A DNA stretch of 43,981 bases from Trichinella spiralis (taxonomy: Eukaryota). Positions 1 to 18,865 of the stretch are shown piece by piece (the stretch's first letter is position 1; each line of letters begins with the position of its first letter). The stretch covers positions 2,018,975 to 2,062,955 of the forward strand of contig NW_003526945.1 in the NCBI RefSeq assembly GCF_000181795.1, read 5' to 3'. Under the pieces are notes generated by a model, which saw only the letters and a list, made by a program, of their open reading frames with translations, did no database searches and was not told the origin of the DNA. A program made the position numbers and the translations under genes.

Positions 1-2491
1 AATTTTCTTTTTACAGAGGACAAATCATTGATATTTATTGTTGTTTAAAATTTAAATGACAACCAATACAGTATGCTCATTGATTTAACTTTCAATTTTT
101 ATCCCATTTTATTTCGACTGTCGATACGTAGTTATTTCGAATTGGCAATGTGTAACTTCTTCGAAACGCAGCTAGCATGCGTGATTTTTTACGAACGTTG
201 CACTTTTGGTATTTGATATGGGTGTGCATTAAAGTTCAACATTCCTCGGCAATATTTTGGTTTTTTTACACAATCCATTTTTTCTTCATTTTTGGTTTCT
301 TTTGATTAATTCGTAGGATTTTGTTTCAGAACAAGCTATAATGGAAATAATTCGTTTAATATACACATTTTCTGTGAATGTGCCTTTATATGATGTCTTA
401 TTAAAATGAATTTTGAACTTTATGTTCCTTCAACATAGATTAATGCCTGAATTTCATAACGTACGCCTTGCATGTCTAAAATTTTTTAAAAAAAGTATCT
501 TTTTATTTGATAGCGTGTAGTTCATCATTCTTTTTATTTGATTAGCTACTGATTGATACCAAACTTGACGTTCTTTGTATTCATTTTCTGTTACAACTGT
601 GAAAATGCGCTTTTAATGCAGTAGTTTGCGATAGCAGTCGTATGAAATTGTAATAGAATCAAATAAGTCAAAAATTGATCGCAACTAAATGTTCCCATCC
701 ATGATATTTTCCCCAATCGTTTGAGATATTCACTTCAAAGTTTAGTAACAGTAATGGAATATTGCTAGGAAAGTGCAGCGAATTATTCATTGCATTTGTT
801 ATAATTGAAAGTAGTATTTCCTGAAATAAATGTTCATAAATTTTGAATAATATGGAATCGATGATTTTCCTTTGAGAAATTTTGATAAAACAACTGATTT
901 CTAAGTTTGACATTTATGAAAGCAATAAATGCAGTATTACATAAAATTTACATTACTATCTCTTCATTTTGACGAATTCTCATTTCAGATGCGCAATTAA
1001 TCACGTTTCAAAAATTATACGCTTTAAGGATGCAGTAAGCGATAAAGCAAAGTCAAAAACAAATTTTATTTGGATGAGATAATTTTTTTCGCTCATGCAT
1101 TTAAACGTTTTGTAATAAATATTTACAATATGGCTTTCTTTGCATATTTATTTATTTTCTTTCATTTCAATTTATGAAGAACACCAAGTCTTCAAATCAA
1201 CAGTCGAAAATATATTGATCTACGTTGTATAATATTACATAGAGGTTGAATAAAAAATTAATAACTTTTATAATTAGCAAAATGCTCGATTGTGATGATG
1301 TCATTACGATATTAGAACTAATCGTACAGTGATTTCACCTAGGGCCATGTCATATTCTAATTTTTTGCATTTGACCCTGAACAAACTTGAAGAATGTCAT
1401 ATTAATGATTATTTAGTTTTTCAGTGTGTAGAACAGCAGTCAAGAAGCGCGTTCAGCTCTTCTCTTCAATACCATCTTCAATTTCAAAGTAAGTGATCTT
1501 TCATTCCTTGGCTTCCGTTCTGTTCAAATATGCTTCACATCAAACAACCTGTTAATTACAAATGGAGTGTGAACAGTATAGTGCAAAATGAATGTACTAT
1601 TGAATCTATGAGAAATTTTCTGAATAATTGATGAACCAATCCATTATCCAACATTTTGTCCAACAGTACCAAGTTTTCTGTGCAGCTTCATTGAACTCCC
1701 CAGCTTAGCTTCTTTCCTAAGGTGGGTTACTGAGATCTCACCACCGTATTAGTAATGGTCACGTAACCGGTGGGATTCTTTCTCTGGTTTCAAACATAAC
1801 TGATGCTTCTTCTGTATTGTCGAATTTCAACTTTTTCACTTCATTATATTTATTTTATCTTAGCGTACCGTGCAACAATTGCGCAATGAATGGCCTGTAG
1901 CGTTGTCACATTTCTAGGTTTTGATATTTTTTGAATTTTAACTATGATGGAGGATGTTGCGAAAGTTAAAAATTTTCTACATTAAAGCATGGTATTCTCT
2001 GAAACTGAATACTTTTGTGCAATATTTTGTGTTTTTTGGAAATGCAGGCTTCCTTTCTTTGTGTGCAATTCCAACTGTTTTAAAAATTGTTGCTTCAGAA
2101 TTGATCGCAGTGCCACTGAAGTGGTAAATTCTTTAACTTTTAATTACAATATCATTTTATTTGCAATAAACCTAAATAAATTCATCCCAGAATTGTTGTT
2201 AATATTCATTAATACTTGAGTGTCTAAAAGGTATGCATTTTAAATGTCTCCTGCGTTTGCTAAACAATCAATTCATGTCGTGGAATGCCCATTATCATCA
2301 TTATTATTATTTTCAATCTCCATTAATACCTAACATGTGCATATATGAATGTTGATTTATTTTGGTGAATGCTTCTGTGCTCCTGCTGGAGATGGACTTT
2401 TTAATGTAACAGTTCCCGGGAAGAATAAATTCTGATTACACATCAAATAATTGATAAATGAATTCGTTTGAATCTATCGAATGACTTATTG
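1..2491. repeat. Copy 1 of a ~2.5 kb near-identical direct duplication (partner 34377-36856); ends at an N gap
   Basis: Reads colinearly with 34377-36856. ORFs 668..913/35034..35279 differ by one residue and 1989..2219/36355..36585 are identical. Scattered substitutions occur internally and indels cluster at both ends. Confidence 0.97.
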
Positions 2492-2501
2492 NNNNNNNNN
2501 N
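2492..2501. other. Assembly gap (10 N)
   Basis: Run of N in the sequence. Confidence 1.
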
Positions 2502-5244
2502 GCTTTTCTTTGCGTTTTGACTTAATATGTTTCAGGCAAATTTTGAGCACATTTTTTAAATTTGCTTAAATTTCCTTTTACATACTTAAAAAACGAGGAA
2601 CAAAGAAGGTGGTGACTCAAATGAAGAACGATGTTACTGTTATTCGTCTTCTTATTATTGCTATTGTTAGCATCACTATTTTTATTATTGATTTGTCTGT
2701 TTTTTATCTTTTTCTTTATTACGAAGAAACTTGCAGTTTTATACCTTTCAGACACTTAAAAATATTATATTTCAACTTTTCAGCTTATTTCTGAAATTGT
2801 AATGATGGAAAAAGCTTTTTAACTCATTTCGTGTGTGTAATTTATCGTTTATTTTTATGTTTTTTTTGTTATTACAAAGAAAACATTTGAGTGAATATTT
2901 CATCAGTAAATGCGTGTGCAAAAATTATGCTCTCTGTTTGAACTTTTTGCTAACCACAACTGTGGATGGATGATTTTCAACTGTCGTTTTGAAATGCGTT
3001 GATAATTTTCCATCAAAACTCCACTCTGATTTTCATTTCAGTGCAAAATTTATTTTTCCATCCAAACGATTGTTGCAGTTGCTTGTTCTTTTTTTATTGT
3101 TATCATTTTAGATAAATTTCAGAGGTGAGATAATCTTCACATTTGGGAAGATTTTTTATTCAGAAAAAAGTTCAACGTACACACGTCACTATAGTTATAG
3201 TTTGTTGAACGTTGTGTTGTTTGCACAGGGCGACAACGAAGTATCAATGCAGGTGATTTATTTGATTGTCAATTTAATATTAACACGACATTATTTCCAC
3301 TTTTTGTTTGAATATCGCGGTACAATTTCAAAAACCCAATTGATTCAGCTTTGTGTGATCATCAGATATTTGCAAACGGGAAAAAAGATGCTAAGCAATA
3401 ATAATAGATTTTCAAATTTTAACAAATATTTCTATTTTCCGAAGATGTGAATGTTTTGAACATGAACTGCTGCAAAGGTAGTGTTGTGTTGTACAAGCAG
3501 TGGAAAATCAAACCCTCTCTACTCAGCGACAATTTCAATTTATAAATTCAATAGACTTCTCTCCCTGAACGAATATACATATGTATGTATGTATATATAT
3601 ATATGTATGTATGTATGTGCCCAGTTGTGCAAAAAGCGTACTCCTACTGCTGGACAACGATATCGATTTTTCATTTCAATCATTTTTAATTAAATTGATA
3701 AACTGTTAAATCATGAAGCTTGTCAGAAAGTTAAATTGTTTTATTCTTCTTTGGTTTAATTGATTTTTGCAATCTCCGGCCGCAATCCGCATTCAATCTC
3801 CATAACAAAGAAATAAACAAAACAAGCTAACCAACAAAACAATTTGTACAGTACGCATCAATATGACAAGCACGATCTAATGTTACAGTATGCATTACCA
3901 CTTATTTGCGACGATAAGTTTGGCATAAAAATACTTTCATCAAAGCGTTTAAAATCGTTCAACTTTACCAAATAAATAATTATTTGTTATTTTACGCCTG
4001 AACGTAATTTTACGCGCAGTCATTTTCGTAAACACTTTCTCTACCGTCATTTGGTATCAATTAATTGCATTTGCATTTTATGAAAATGAATTTTCAAAAT
4101 TTTATCTCCAAATAATAGTCGAATTTTTTGAATATTGTTTTTTTTCTAAAATTTTATATGAAAAAAGCACGACATTTGTAAATCAGTAGAAGAACTGATC
4201 AATAAATGGAAATAGAGATGGAAAATTTGTCAAGAAAAAAAATATCCACTGCCGACTGAATAATAATAAAAAGAATCGATGAAAATAAATTTAAAATTTG
4301 ATAACTGTGAATTTTTCAAGTTGTATTTTTGTTTTATTTTCGTTGAATAATTGTTTTTATTAATGGACTATTTTCAAATCAGACGCACGTTTCAGTGAAA
4401 ATGAACTGTGTCGCAGAGTCGACGGCGACGCCGACCAGTAGCGATCGTGGGTGATTTTGAAATTATCCGTTTCGAATTAATAAAATTAACAAAAATCAGT
4501 CAGTCGAGTTGACGAGCAACGCCGACTGTTTGATTGTTTGTTCGGACTGTTTGAAAAGAGCACCATTTTCAATTGAGAATATTGAACAAAATATTGACAG
4601 TGATTTTTTGGTTATTAAAATGAAGAAAAAATAAATAATTATTTTAATTTAATTTAATTTTATTGTGGAAATTTTTCTGTTCCAATTGTCGTCGGTGAAC
4701 AAAAGCTGATAGCTTGGGAAAAGAAATGGCCCGGCCGTAGCTGGTATTAATTAGTGATAAGTAGGTTAGGTTGTTGGTGATGGGAAATACTATCGGTGTG
4801 TTGCTTTGCTGTCTTGTTGGTCGATTTCGCAGATTATATACCAATTTGTCAGTTGCGAACAGTGATGCTTTAGCTTGACGATGGGTTCGGACGCTTGCGG
4901 GGCCCGGCATTGGTGAGCAAAGTATGGTCGTAAGCCGCATTCAACTGCCATTCAGGCCGCCGGTCGCCTGCCCAGTGTCGACGCGCGTCGTGGCCGTTTG
5001 TTGTTCCTCCTGAACCGCCGGCGCCAGTCTAGACGCCGCCTCCGGCTCACTCGCCCTCAACTCTCAACGCAACTACTGCGCCAGCACGTCGAATTGGTTC
5101 GGTTCGATTCGGTTCGGTTCAGTTTGGCTTGTCGTTTGGTTTCTATTTGACAAGAAGCAAAAAAGCACCAAACAAACAGCACAACACAAAGCGCATTTTC
5201 CCCATTTGATTTTCTTTTTTCCCTCAATTCGCCGTCTGCCTTTG

Positions 5245-5500
5245 TCGTAGCCGTTGTCGTTGTTATCCTTGTTGTTGTTTTTGTTTGTTTGTTTGTTGTT
5301 GTTATTGTTGTTGTTGTGGTGGTGGTCGTCGTCGTCCTAGTTATCGTCACAGTGGTGGTCGCCGTTGTCCACCGGTACCAGCATTATTAGCACTAGTAGC
5401 CTCAGCAACACCGCCACCACAACCACCACCCAACAACCACTGAACCACTACCGTAACTGTCACCGTTGACAAGCACCACTAGCAAAAGCAGCAGCATCAT
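5245..5500 (+). repeat. Low-complexity triplet tracts: (GTT/GTG/GTC)n followed by (CAC/AAC/CAG)n upstream of the Gq start
   Basis: Seen directly; explains the poly-Thr spurious ORF 5057..5350. Confidence 0.85.
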
Positions 5501-5620
5501 CAGAAAGCAGTGAGTGTAAAAAAGGGAATAGAGTGGCAGTTGGACCGTTGAATACGCTCCCCGACGCGATCGTTCCTTGATGAGTCGGTAGCGTTGGACG
5601 GTCTGATGAAGGAATTTGTG

Positions 5621-10743
<5,123 letters not shown>

Positions 10744-10784
10744 TCGCTTGTGCTGCTCGGGCATCCAGTATTATAATTGCTGCA

Positions 10785-13174
10785 AATAATAATTAATAAT
10801 AATAATAATAATATTTTATTATTATTATTATTATTATTATTATCACTACTGACTGGCTTGTGTAGCTTGTCTGCGATTCGTTGTTTTTCGTCACACTTCT
10901 CGTCCCGACTTGTTGAAGTGCTGTTGCGCTGCCGTTGCTTTTTTCCCCCTTTAATTTCTCTTCTAGTCATTGCAGTCCAGTGAAACGAAGAAAACACTGA
11001 CGACAAAGCGAAAATGCTTCAAAAACGCTACCGTAGCCAGGAGAAGCAAAACAAAGCGAGGCAAAGCAATGCACAAAGCAAAACAAAACTTCCGACAACA
11101 ACAACAACAACAACAACACCGAGTTTATTCTTCTTCTCAAGCTGAATGAATTTCAGCTGAAAACTCGGATGTTGTTTGTTTGTTTATTTGTTTGGTTGTT
11201 TGTTTTGTTTTGTTTCTTTTATTCAAATTTTTCATCACGCGATGTACAATGTTTTTCGATATTAATCATATGTTTTGTTTGTAAGCTTTTTCCATTTTAA
11301 TTCTCATTCATTTATTTCTTTTGAAATTGAAAAATGAGAACAATGTTCTTTCTTCTCAATTATTTTTTTTCGCTATTATTATTATTATTATTATCAATTT
11401 TTGAAATTTTCCATATAATACGTTTTTTTTATTCATCATTATTCATTTTACCGTTTTCATTAATTTCTTTTATTTCATTTTTCATCTGCTGTCCACACAT
11501 GCCTGGTTGTTTAATCCAATATCAATCAGGCTTCATTTATCCATTCATCCACCCATTCACACACATACGCACACACACACACATACACACACACACACAG
11601 ACACACCCACACATATATATATATATATATATATCAGTATCAGTATCACTATTACAATATTACAATGTGTATATTTTTGTATGTGCATGTAAAGAATAGG
11701 TGCGCCGTTGTTTTCGCATCGCAACTATTTTTTCACCACCGTTAGCTCTGATTTATTTATTATTCATATTTAATTAATTCAATTTAATTTCTTTTTCATT
11801 TGATCAGTCGATTTGGCAAGACAATTGTTTCCAAATCACAGCCGTTAACGGTTTTTTCTCTTCTCTCTCTCTCTTCTTTTTTTAATTATTCTCTATTTTA
11901 TCTTCAATTGATCAAGAAAGCCGAATTGGAAAATTAATTATCTGCGAAAGTGAGTGAAGAAAAATAGCCACCACCCTTTGAAATTGTTGATGCCGTTGCA
12001 TATTTTTTTTATTTTCCTTTTACTCTTTTATTATATTCAAATTTACAATTTATCTTCTTTTTACCATCTATTCTATTTTTACCTTTATTCCGTCTTATCG
12101 ATGTAATAATTTTTTCGAGAAGAAAATTTTTTTGAAAATTTTATTGTTGTTCCTGTTGAGCGTGCATTTTTTCCTTCAATGTTCAGCATTATGTTGGAAC
12201 AGGAAGTGAAATACGACAAACTGAAATGTGACAAACGTCCCAAAACTGAAGGAGACCAAGCAGGGAAAGTTGGGGGCAGGGAGAAAGAGAACACAAGGAT
12301 GTGAAGGACGAACAATAACGGCAGAACGAAGAGAAAAAAGAAGAGTTTGGCTATTGGAAATTGGGAATTCATATCTCGGTGTTCTTCTCGCCCCTGGTTG
12401 GGTGCTACTTACTGTATGTGTGTGTGAGAGAGAGAAGTGCTTTTGTTTTGAAACGTTCATTTTTAATTTCAGTCAATATTTGAATAATTTTCCAAAACAA
12501 CAACACGCATTTTTGGCGTATTGCTCTTCATTTGTTATCAGTTTCAGCTTCACTGGAAAGTATCTGCTGGTGAAAAGTGAACGAAAGATGAGCGGCAATT
12601 CAACCTGATCGTCGTTTATTTAAATTTGCTTCTTTATTATTTGCTCAAACGGTACAATTGTTGCCATTTTCGTTGTCATTTCAGTCTCCCTGTCTCTCTT
12701 TCTCTGCATTCTCTCCAACACCATCATACTCCAACTTTATTCTTCTTGCATTGCATTTCTCAACAAACTCCTTTGGTCGGCATTATTTATTATTAATCAA
12801 TTTTTGCATATTATATCTTGTATATATATATATATATTTTATTTTTCCACGGAAATATTAGGCAAGGAGTAGTGGTAGTAGTAGTAAACAAGGGGTATTT
12901 TTATTTTTCGAAATACCTCCTATAGATTGATTTTGTTTATTTATTTATTCTACCAGTATTTTTTAAGTAATATATCAATCATTATGTAAAAACAGTTTGA
13001 TTGGATATTGTTTTTTTAAATCATATTTTTCTTTAAGTAAAACTGAATGGTGCGTTTGTCGGTGTTATTACTTTTTAGTTTTTAATCAGAAGCTGAACTG
13101 ACAGATTTTTTTTCTTTATTTTTTAATAAATGCATTAACACATTTGCTTATTCAATGATATAGATAGACTCTAT

Positions 13175-13218
<44 letters not shown>

Positions 13219-13220
13219 AC
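10785..13220. repeat. Microsatellites downstream of the Gq stop: (AAT)n(ATT)n 10785-10842, (CAA)n ~11095-11117, (CA)n/(TA)n ~11560-11635, (CTA)n(CTG)n ~13176-13216
   Basis: Seen directly in sequence. Confidence 0.92.
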
Positions 13221-15686
13221 TGCTGAATGATGCAACAACGCTGACAGCTTTGTTTGCCAATTTAACTTGGCAAATAAGTTCAACGAATATCAGTAAGAAA
13301 TTTATTCATTTATTTATTGTCATTCATATTATTTAAATTTTCTGCACAAACTGAGTGTAAGTTTGTAAATTTTTATAACCTTTGATTTTTTCTTTTTCAT
13401 CAGCAAAAAATACCCAGAACAGCTAGTAATGATAAATAAGTCGCACATTTTATGTGTGGAGCGGGGGAAAACTAAAATCGATAATCAAATGGCCTGCTTT
13501 GGCAAAAGCGTGCTTTCACTTTATTTAAGCTTTCAAGCGCAAGTGTTAATTGTGTTTTGTGCAATTGGGGCGGGTTTTGGCCGTGCGTGCTACTTACTTG
13601 TCTGTGCTTAGACAATGTGACGAGACGTTCAGGCAAACAGCTCTCTCTATCTCTCTCACTCCCTCTGTTTATTGGAAATTTGTGCAACTTTTTTGTCTGT
13701 ACAATTTTCTCGTGGAAAAACAAAACGTTTTATTTATTTTTGTATTTTTAATTCATTGTTGCTATTTTTTGTCAATTTACAACCACATCATGCGCTGAAT
13801 AAATCATGCGCATATTTAGTGTTTTTTAATTCAATTACAGTAATCGATTAGCTTGTTAGAAAAGCAAACAGAAAACGATTGTTTCTTCTTTTTTGAGTGA
13901 AAAAGTGATAGTGTGCAAAAAATAAACAGATTTTTATTTATACATATTTTTTAGATTATTCATCTCATTTTATAAAGCTTCTTCATTCTTACTGTAATAA
14001 AACGAACTGTAAATTCTACAGTATGCTTGTTGTAGATCACATTTTGCGTGTTAATGTTTGAAACAAAGTAAAGTCGTTTCCTAACTGGGTGCTTTCTTTT
14101 TTCCTTTTGTTTAACTTGTCTAAATTTACACCATTCAAGATAGGAACGTAAGTTTAATAATATTTGTTCAAGTCACCAAAATTTAGCAACAGCACAAACA
14201 AACTGAACATGCACCCATTTTATTTTCAAATAAATTAGTTTGTTGTTTTTTCCATTTTGCTTTTCTCTATCCACAAACGTTTTATTTTATTACTGAGCAT
14301 GTAGTTGTATGTGGACGCCATTTAACAGCGGAAAGCTCTGCCTTTCAAATCTATTGTTTATAATTAATTATTCATTATTGTTCTGTGGAAAAAGCTCTCA
14401 TTGAATTAGATGACAGCAGAACATTTGTCAATCCCTAAAATATTTGGCTAAACATACTTTCGAAATGATAATTCATTCGCAATAAATAATATTACATTTT
14501 GAAGAAGTATTTTTATTTAAATTAAGTATCCTATTTTAATTCGGCACTTTTACATTTTAGAATTTGAACTGTATCAAACACTGTCTGCATTGTACAAATT
14601 CATTAATTTCAATTTTTAGTTGTTTTTTAAATATAATTTCACAGATGCATTGCACATATTTTTCATTAATGCGCATGATTGTTTGTGAATCTTGTAATTT
14701 TTATTAAATTAGACAGTTGATTTCTGCATCCTGTAGAACGCTGTGAATGCCTAATGTTATTTTCTAATTTCAAGTAAAGTAGTTCATTTTTTAAACAGTT
14801 TTAAAGTTAATTAGCTCATAAATGTTCTATATTGTTTGTAGAATATAAATTTTTTTAATTAATTTTTATTTACCAATACAATCATTTCATACTTTAAGTT
14901 TGATACAGCATTTGCGCAACAGTCAAATTAAATGCAGTTTAAATACTTCTGTGGTTAAAATTTTCGTTCAAAAAATTGGATAAAAATTAAAATTTTTTTA
15001 TGATTTATGAATTTTTTTGAATGTTAATAAATATATTTATTAACAACAGCACAAGCAGAAAAGTTCTGATTTTCTGTCGTTGACTCTCTGACTTTATTCC
15101 TCTTTCACATTCGCAGTACGCACATTTTTCGCAGTCTTGTTCATTAAAAAAATTTTTTTTTCAATATCTTTCAAGGTAAATTTAAAATTGGCGAAGTTGT
15201 GCGTTTTCTTGAAACTCAGGGAAAATTTTTTAAGTTTCATGTTGGTTATTCTACAATTTTTACTGGTTCATGTATAGTAATTTATTGTTTTTTAAGATTA
15301 TATAGAATGTTGAATAAAATATTTTGTCTAGTACAGATAATAAAATTTTAAGACATATGCATAGATGTAATTCTAATTTGCGTTAGCAAATTACCTGCAT
15401 TTTGATGTGAACCTATCATAGAAAAAATATTTTTAACCTGTGAAAGAAAAGAATCAGTGATTTTTTTAACTAATCCCAGAACTCAGGCAAAAGTTTGCCC
15501 CAACTTTGGCCATCCCATATTTTAATTTGTCTTTCTGAATATAAGCAGTTATATGAAAACACATGTGCAACAATGAGCAGTCGAAAAATATAAGCATGCT
15601 TTACTTTCAGTTATCACATAATTTAATAATGGTCAATAATCGCCTATTACGGTAAAACGAAAGCTCAGTGAAATTTCCCGTTGACG

Positions 15687-17515
15687 TTACAGACTAGTTC
15701 CACCAGATGAACGGACACTATTTCCATAAAAATACATCGGATACGTTTTCTTTCTAATCACCCTAATTTGAAAATTTTTTATAATTCAAAAACTGAAAGA
15801 TCACACTCATAAAATGGTATACGTTGGATTCCATTTTTCACCAGTAAAGTTGTTTTTTATTTCCAAATGCTGAATGTTCAATTTGGGTTCATAGCATTTT
15901 TCGGCAGATGGTATTTCGTAGCAGCATTTCATTGCCACTGCAATCACACTTCCTAAGTTCATTTTCTTCTCAGTTTTGTTCTCAGTTGGCTTAGCCCACT
16001 CTTCATTGCTAAAAACAAGCTACATTATTATAGTTATGTACAGTATGACCAATAATGTTGTATCTAGTGAAAAATATTAAAACTGAGAATATATAATTAA
16101 AGTTTACTAAAGAAAATAAATAACGTACGTTATATAGCTTGAGTCCAGCGTTCCTGTACCGCTCGTATAGTCCAAATAACCGATTTCTTCGTACCATTTT
16201 TTATTTTCTAATAATATACGCAATAGTCAACTGCTATTTACTGAAAATAAATCAGATTTGATGCTTACCATAAAGCGCTACTTCTGAAGGCAGAATTTTT
16301 TCTTCATATTCCTCCTCGTTAAAACACATCTCATCGTACCTACTGAGAAAAAGACAAAATATTATCTTTATAATTTGAAAATTTACTCACATGCCGATAT
16401 TTGTGAGCATTTCATTTGCACTGAAAAAAATTAACGAAAACTTATTCGGCACCTTATTGAACATGTTCAAGTAGAAATTAATTTAAAACTTAATAATAGT
16501 TTTAAAGTGTTGTAAGCAGTATTTTTGAAAATATTCGGAAAAATATGGGCGTAGAAGTGTAATAAAGTATGTTCTAATAGAAAATTTAAAATGTTTTCAG
16601 TGATACAAATGGGTAGATATGACGGATCAGTACAGCAATGAATTAGTTATATACCGTGCTCTCTTTTGTTCTGTGAATTCACGACGCGTAACTGAGGAAT
16701 TATGCGCTTTGTCACGGGTTCTTCTCATTTTGCGCGGTGGGTTTCCAATTTCGACATAATTCTCCTGAAAATGAAATTCATCAAACATAATGAAATTCAT
16801 CAAACGGTAACTAATGTAATGTTCTGCTAATTTACTATGCGATCAGTTAATTCTCCCATCCGTTGGTGAGATTTTAGGTGAATTTTCAGAGATATTTTCC
16901 AAGGAAATGCCCTTTCACACAATGTGCAACGAAAATGTCGATCTTTGTCATGGATCCGCATGTGGTTTGATTTTGCACCACTGTTGTTGAAGGACTTGCC
17001 GCATATTTCACAAACATGTGGACGAATATTACGATGCATATTGATATGGTCCTGAAATTATTGTTTGGGATGTTATTATTATTAGAACAGTCAAATTGAA
17101 ATTTTCATATTTCGTTACTAATGTTTGAGGTAAATTTTCATTTTTTTTCAAGGAATTTATACGTAAAGTTCGTCATAATATTTTGAAATAATTTATTTTT
17201 CTTCAAGTTTCTCATTTAGCAACATCATACACTTCGGGGTGCCTAATAATTCGTCTACATTAATGCCCTCTTATGAAAGTTGACCTTTTGAAAATTTATT
17301 TCAATGTGAAAAAGATAAATAAATTAGTACTGAACTTAAAATTAATATTTAAACATCTTAAAACAACCGAAATTAAAATATAATTCAATCGTTTATACAA
17401 TTTAATCGATAATAATAATAATAATCGATGTACTTACTTGATAGCCGGTTCCTCTGGAAAAATGTTTTCCACAGTATTCGCATGCTATTTTTTTAAGATT
17501 CATTCGTGAACTCAT
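15687..17515 (-). CDS. C2H2 zinc-finger protein (three N-terminal fingers, unrecognised C-terminal region), about 8 exons
   Basis: Exons 17515-17438 (MSSRMNLKKIACEYCGKHFSRGTGYQ) and 17051-16836 (DHINMH..CEICGKSF..NHMRIH..CTLCERAF..KIHLKSH) give three CxxC..HxxxH fingers. Further in-frame GT-AG exons: 16764-16655, 16420-16391, 16342-16269, 16207-~16129, 16008-~15823, 15762-15687. The last exon is less certain. Confidence 0.85.
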
Positions 17516-18865
17516 CTTAAATGTAGAATCAAGACCTCAAGGAGACACCGGTGACGAGAAAAGAAGTAGTTCAGGGTGGTACTTCGGTACAACCGACTGT
17601 TATCGTAATGACGAAAACTGTACTAAAGGGATATATGATTGACCATAATCGGGAAAAATTTTTAATCCAGGCTTGAGCATCATTAATTTTCTTCCTTTAT
17701 TTCTTGTTAAAACTTCGAATCGAAATTGATATAAATATTTTAATAGTATAAAATTAATGTTTGTATATTTTATTAATAAAGTTGGATATAATTAATGTAA
17801 TGTAATGTAATGTAATTGATAGCTAAAATCTGTATAGCATAAAATACAGTATACTGTACAGTTTACCTGAGATTTAGTAAGAGGCACGACGTTGCTTTTG
17901 GGTGATATCTTGTTGGTTTCACTCCTATGATTGATACTGATCTGCTGCTTGTTTAAGCTTAAGATCTTGGCATCGTTTTCAAATACACGTTTTGACATAC
18001 AGTGCATAGTAAGTCTCTATATTATTATAAGAACATTTTTCAAATAAACAGTGTAGAGGTTTTAAATTTGAAAATATATTTCGTTTAAAAGTTGCATTCA
18101 AATAATTTCTATTATTTGGACAGTTTTATAACATATAACAGGCAGTATCATTTATTAGCCATTGATCATTTTTGATACAGATTATAAGCATCTCTTTGAC
18201 TGCATCTCCATTCAGTTGGGCTAACTGTTTTTCATCCAACTCTAGCAGCCCACTTTCAATATAATTGACAAATTGTAAATTTAAAGTTCAATATTCCAAA
18301 CACATGCTTTTTGTCAAATATGAAAAAATATTTACGTAAAATGATGATCAGCTGAACTGCCGATTATTTTAATTGGGCGTTTTTGAATTGTTTTATGAAA
18401 ATGAATAATAAAACAACTTTGAAAGGATATTGCGAAACATAAGATTGCAATTTTCATATTCATTAAGAAGTAACTGATGAGAGAAAAAAACAAGTAATGG
18501 AAATTCATGTTCATTTTTATTTTGCCATATTGCTGATGGTTGGAAAATAAACTGTACTTCTTATGGTTTTTGTGTGCATTCGGTTCTGATGATTTTTTCA
18601 AAATTTACAAGAAATATTATTTTGTAATTAATCAATCAATCAGTTTTCAAAGTGAAAATTTAATATTAATCATTAATTTTCAGTAATGTTTTCTACACAT
18701 TTAAAAATACATTAAAATCCTTTAAAACAAAGCTTTGTATGAAATGTTTCTACATAGTTTAAAAAACTGGGCACTTCTCGGCTAAAGGAAGGCAATTGAA
18801 ATTAATGTTACATTGATTTTATTTCTTTTTCTAACTGAAGAGTGAATTTCAGCTTTTTTCATATC

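Noticed and set aside
668..2219. ORFs conserved between the 2.5 kb copies
   Set aside because: Identity only reflects recent duplication; I could not assemble a spliced gene on either strand.
5057..5350. Poly-Thr ORF on the minus strand
   Set aside because: It is a translation of a (GTT)n tract with no other coding evidence.
16769..16805. Direct repeat AATGAAATTCATCAAAC x2
   Set aside because: Local intronic slippage duplication.
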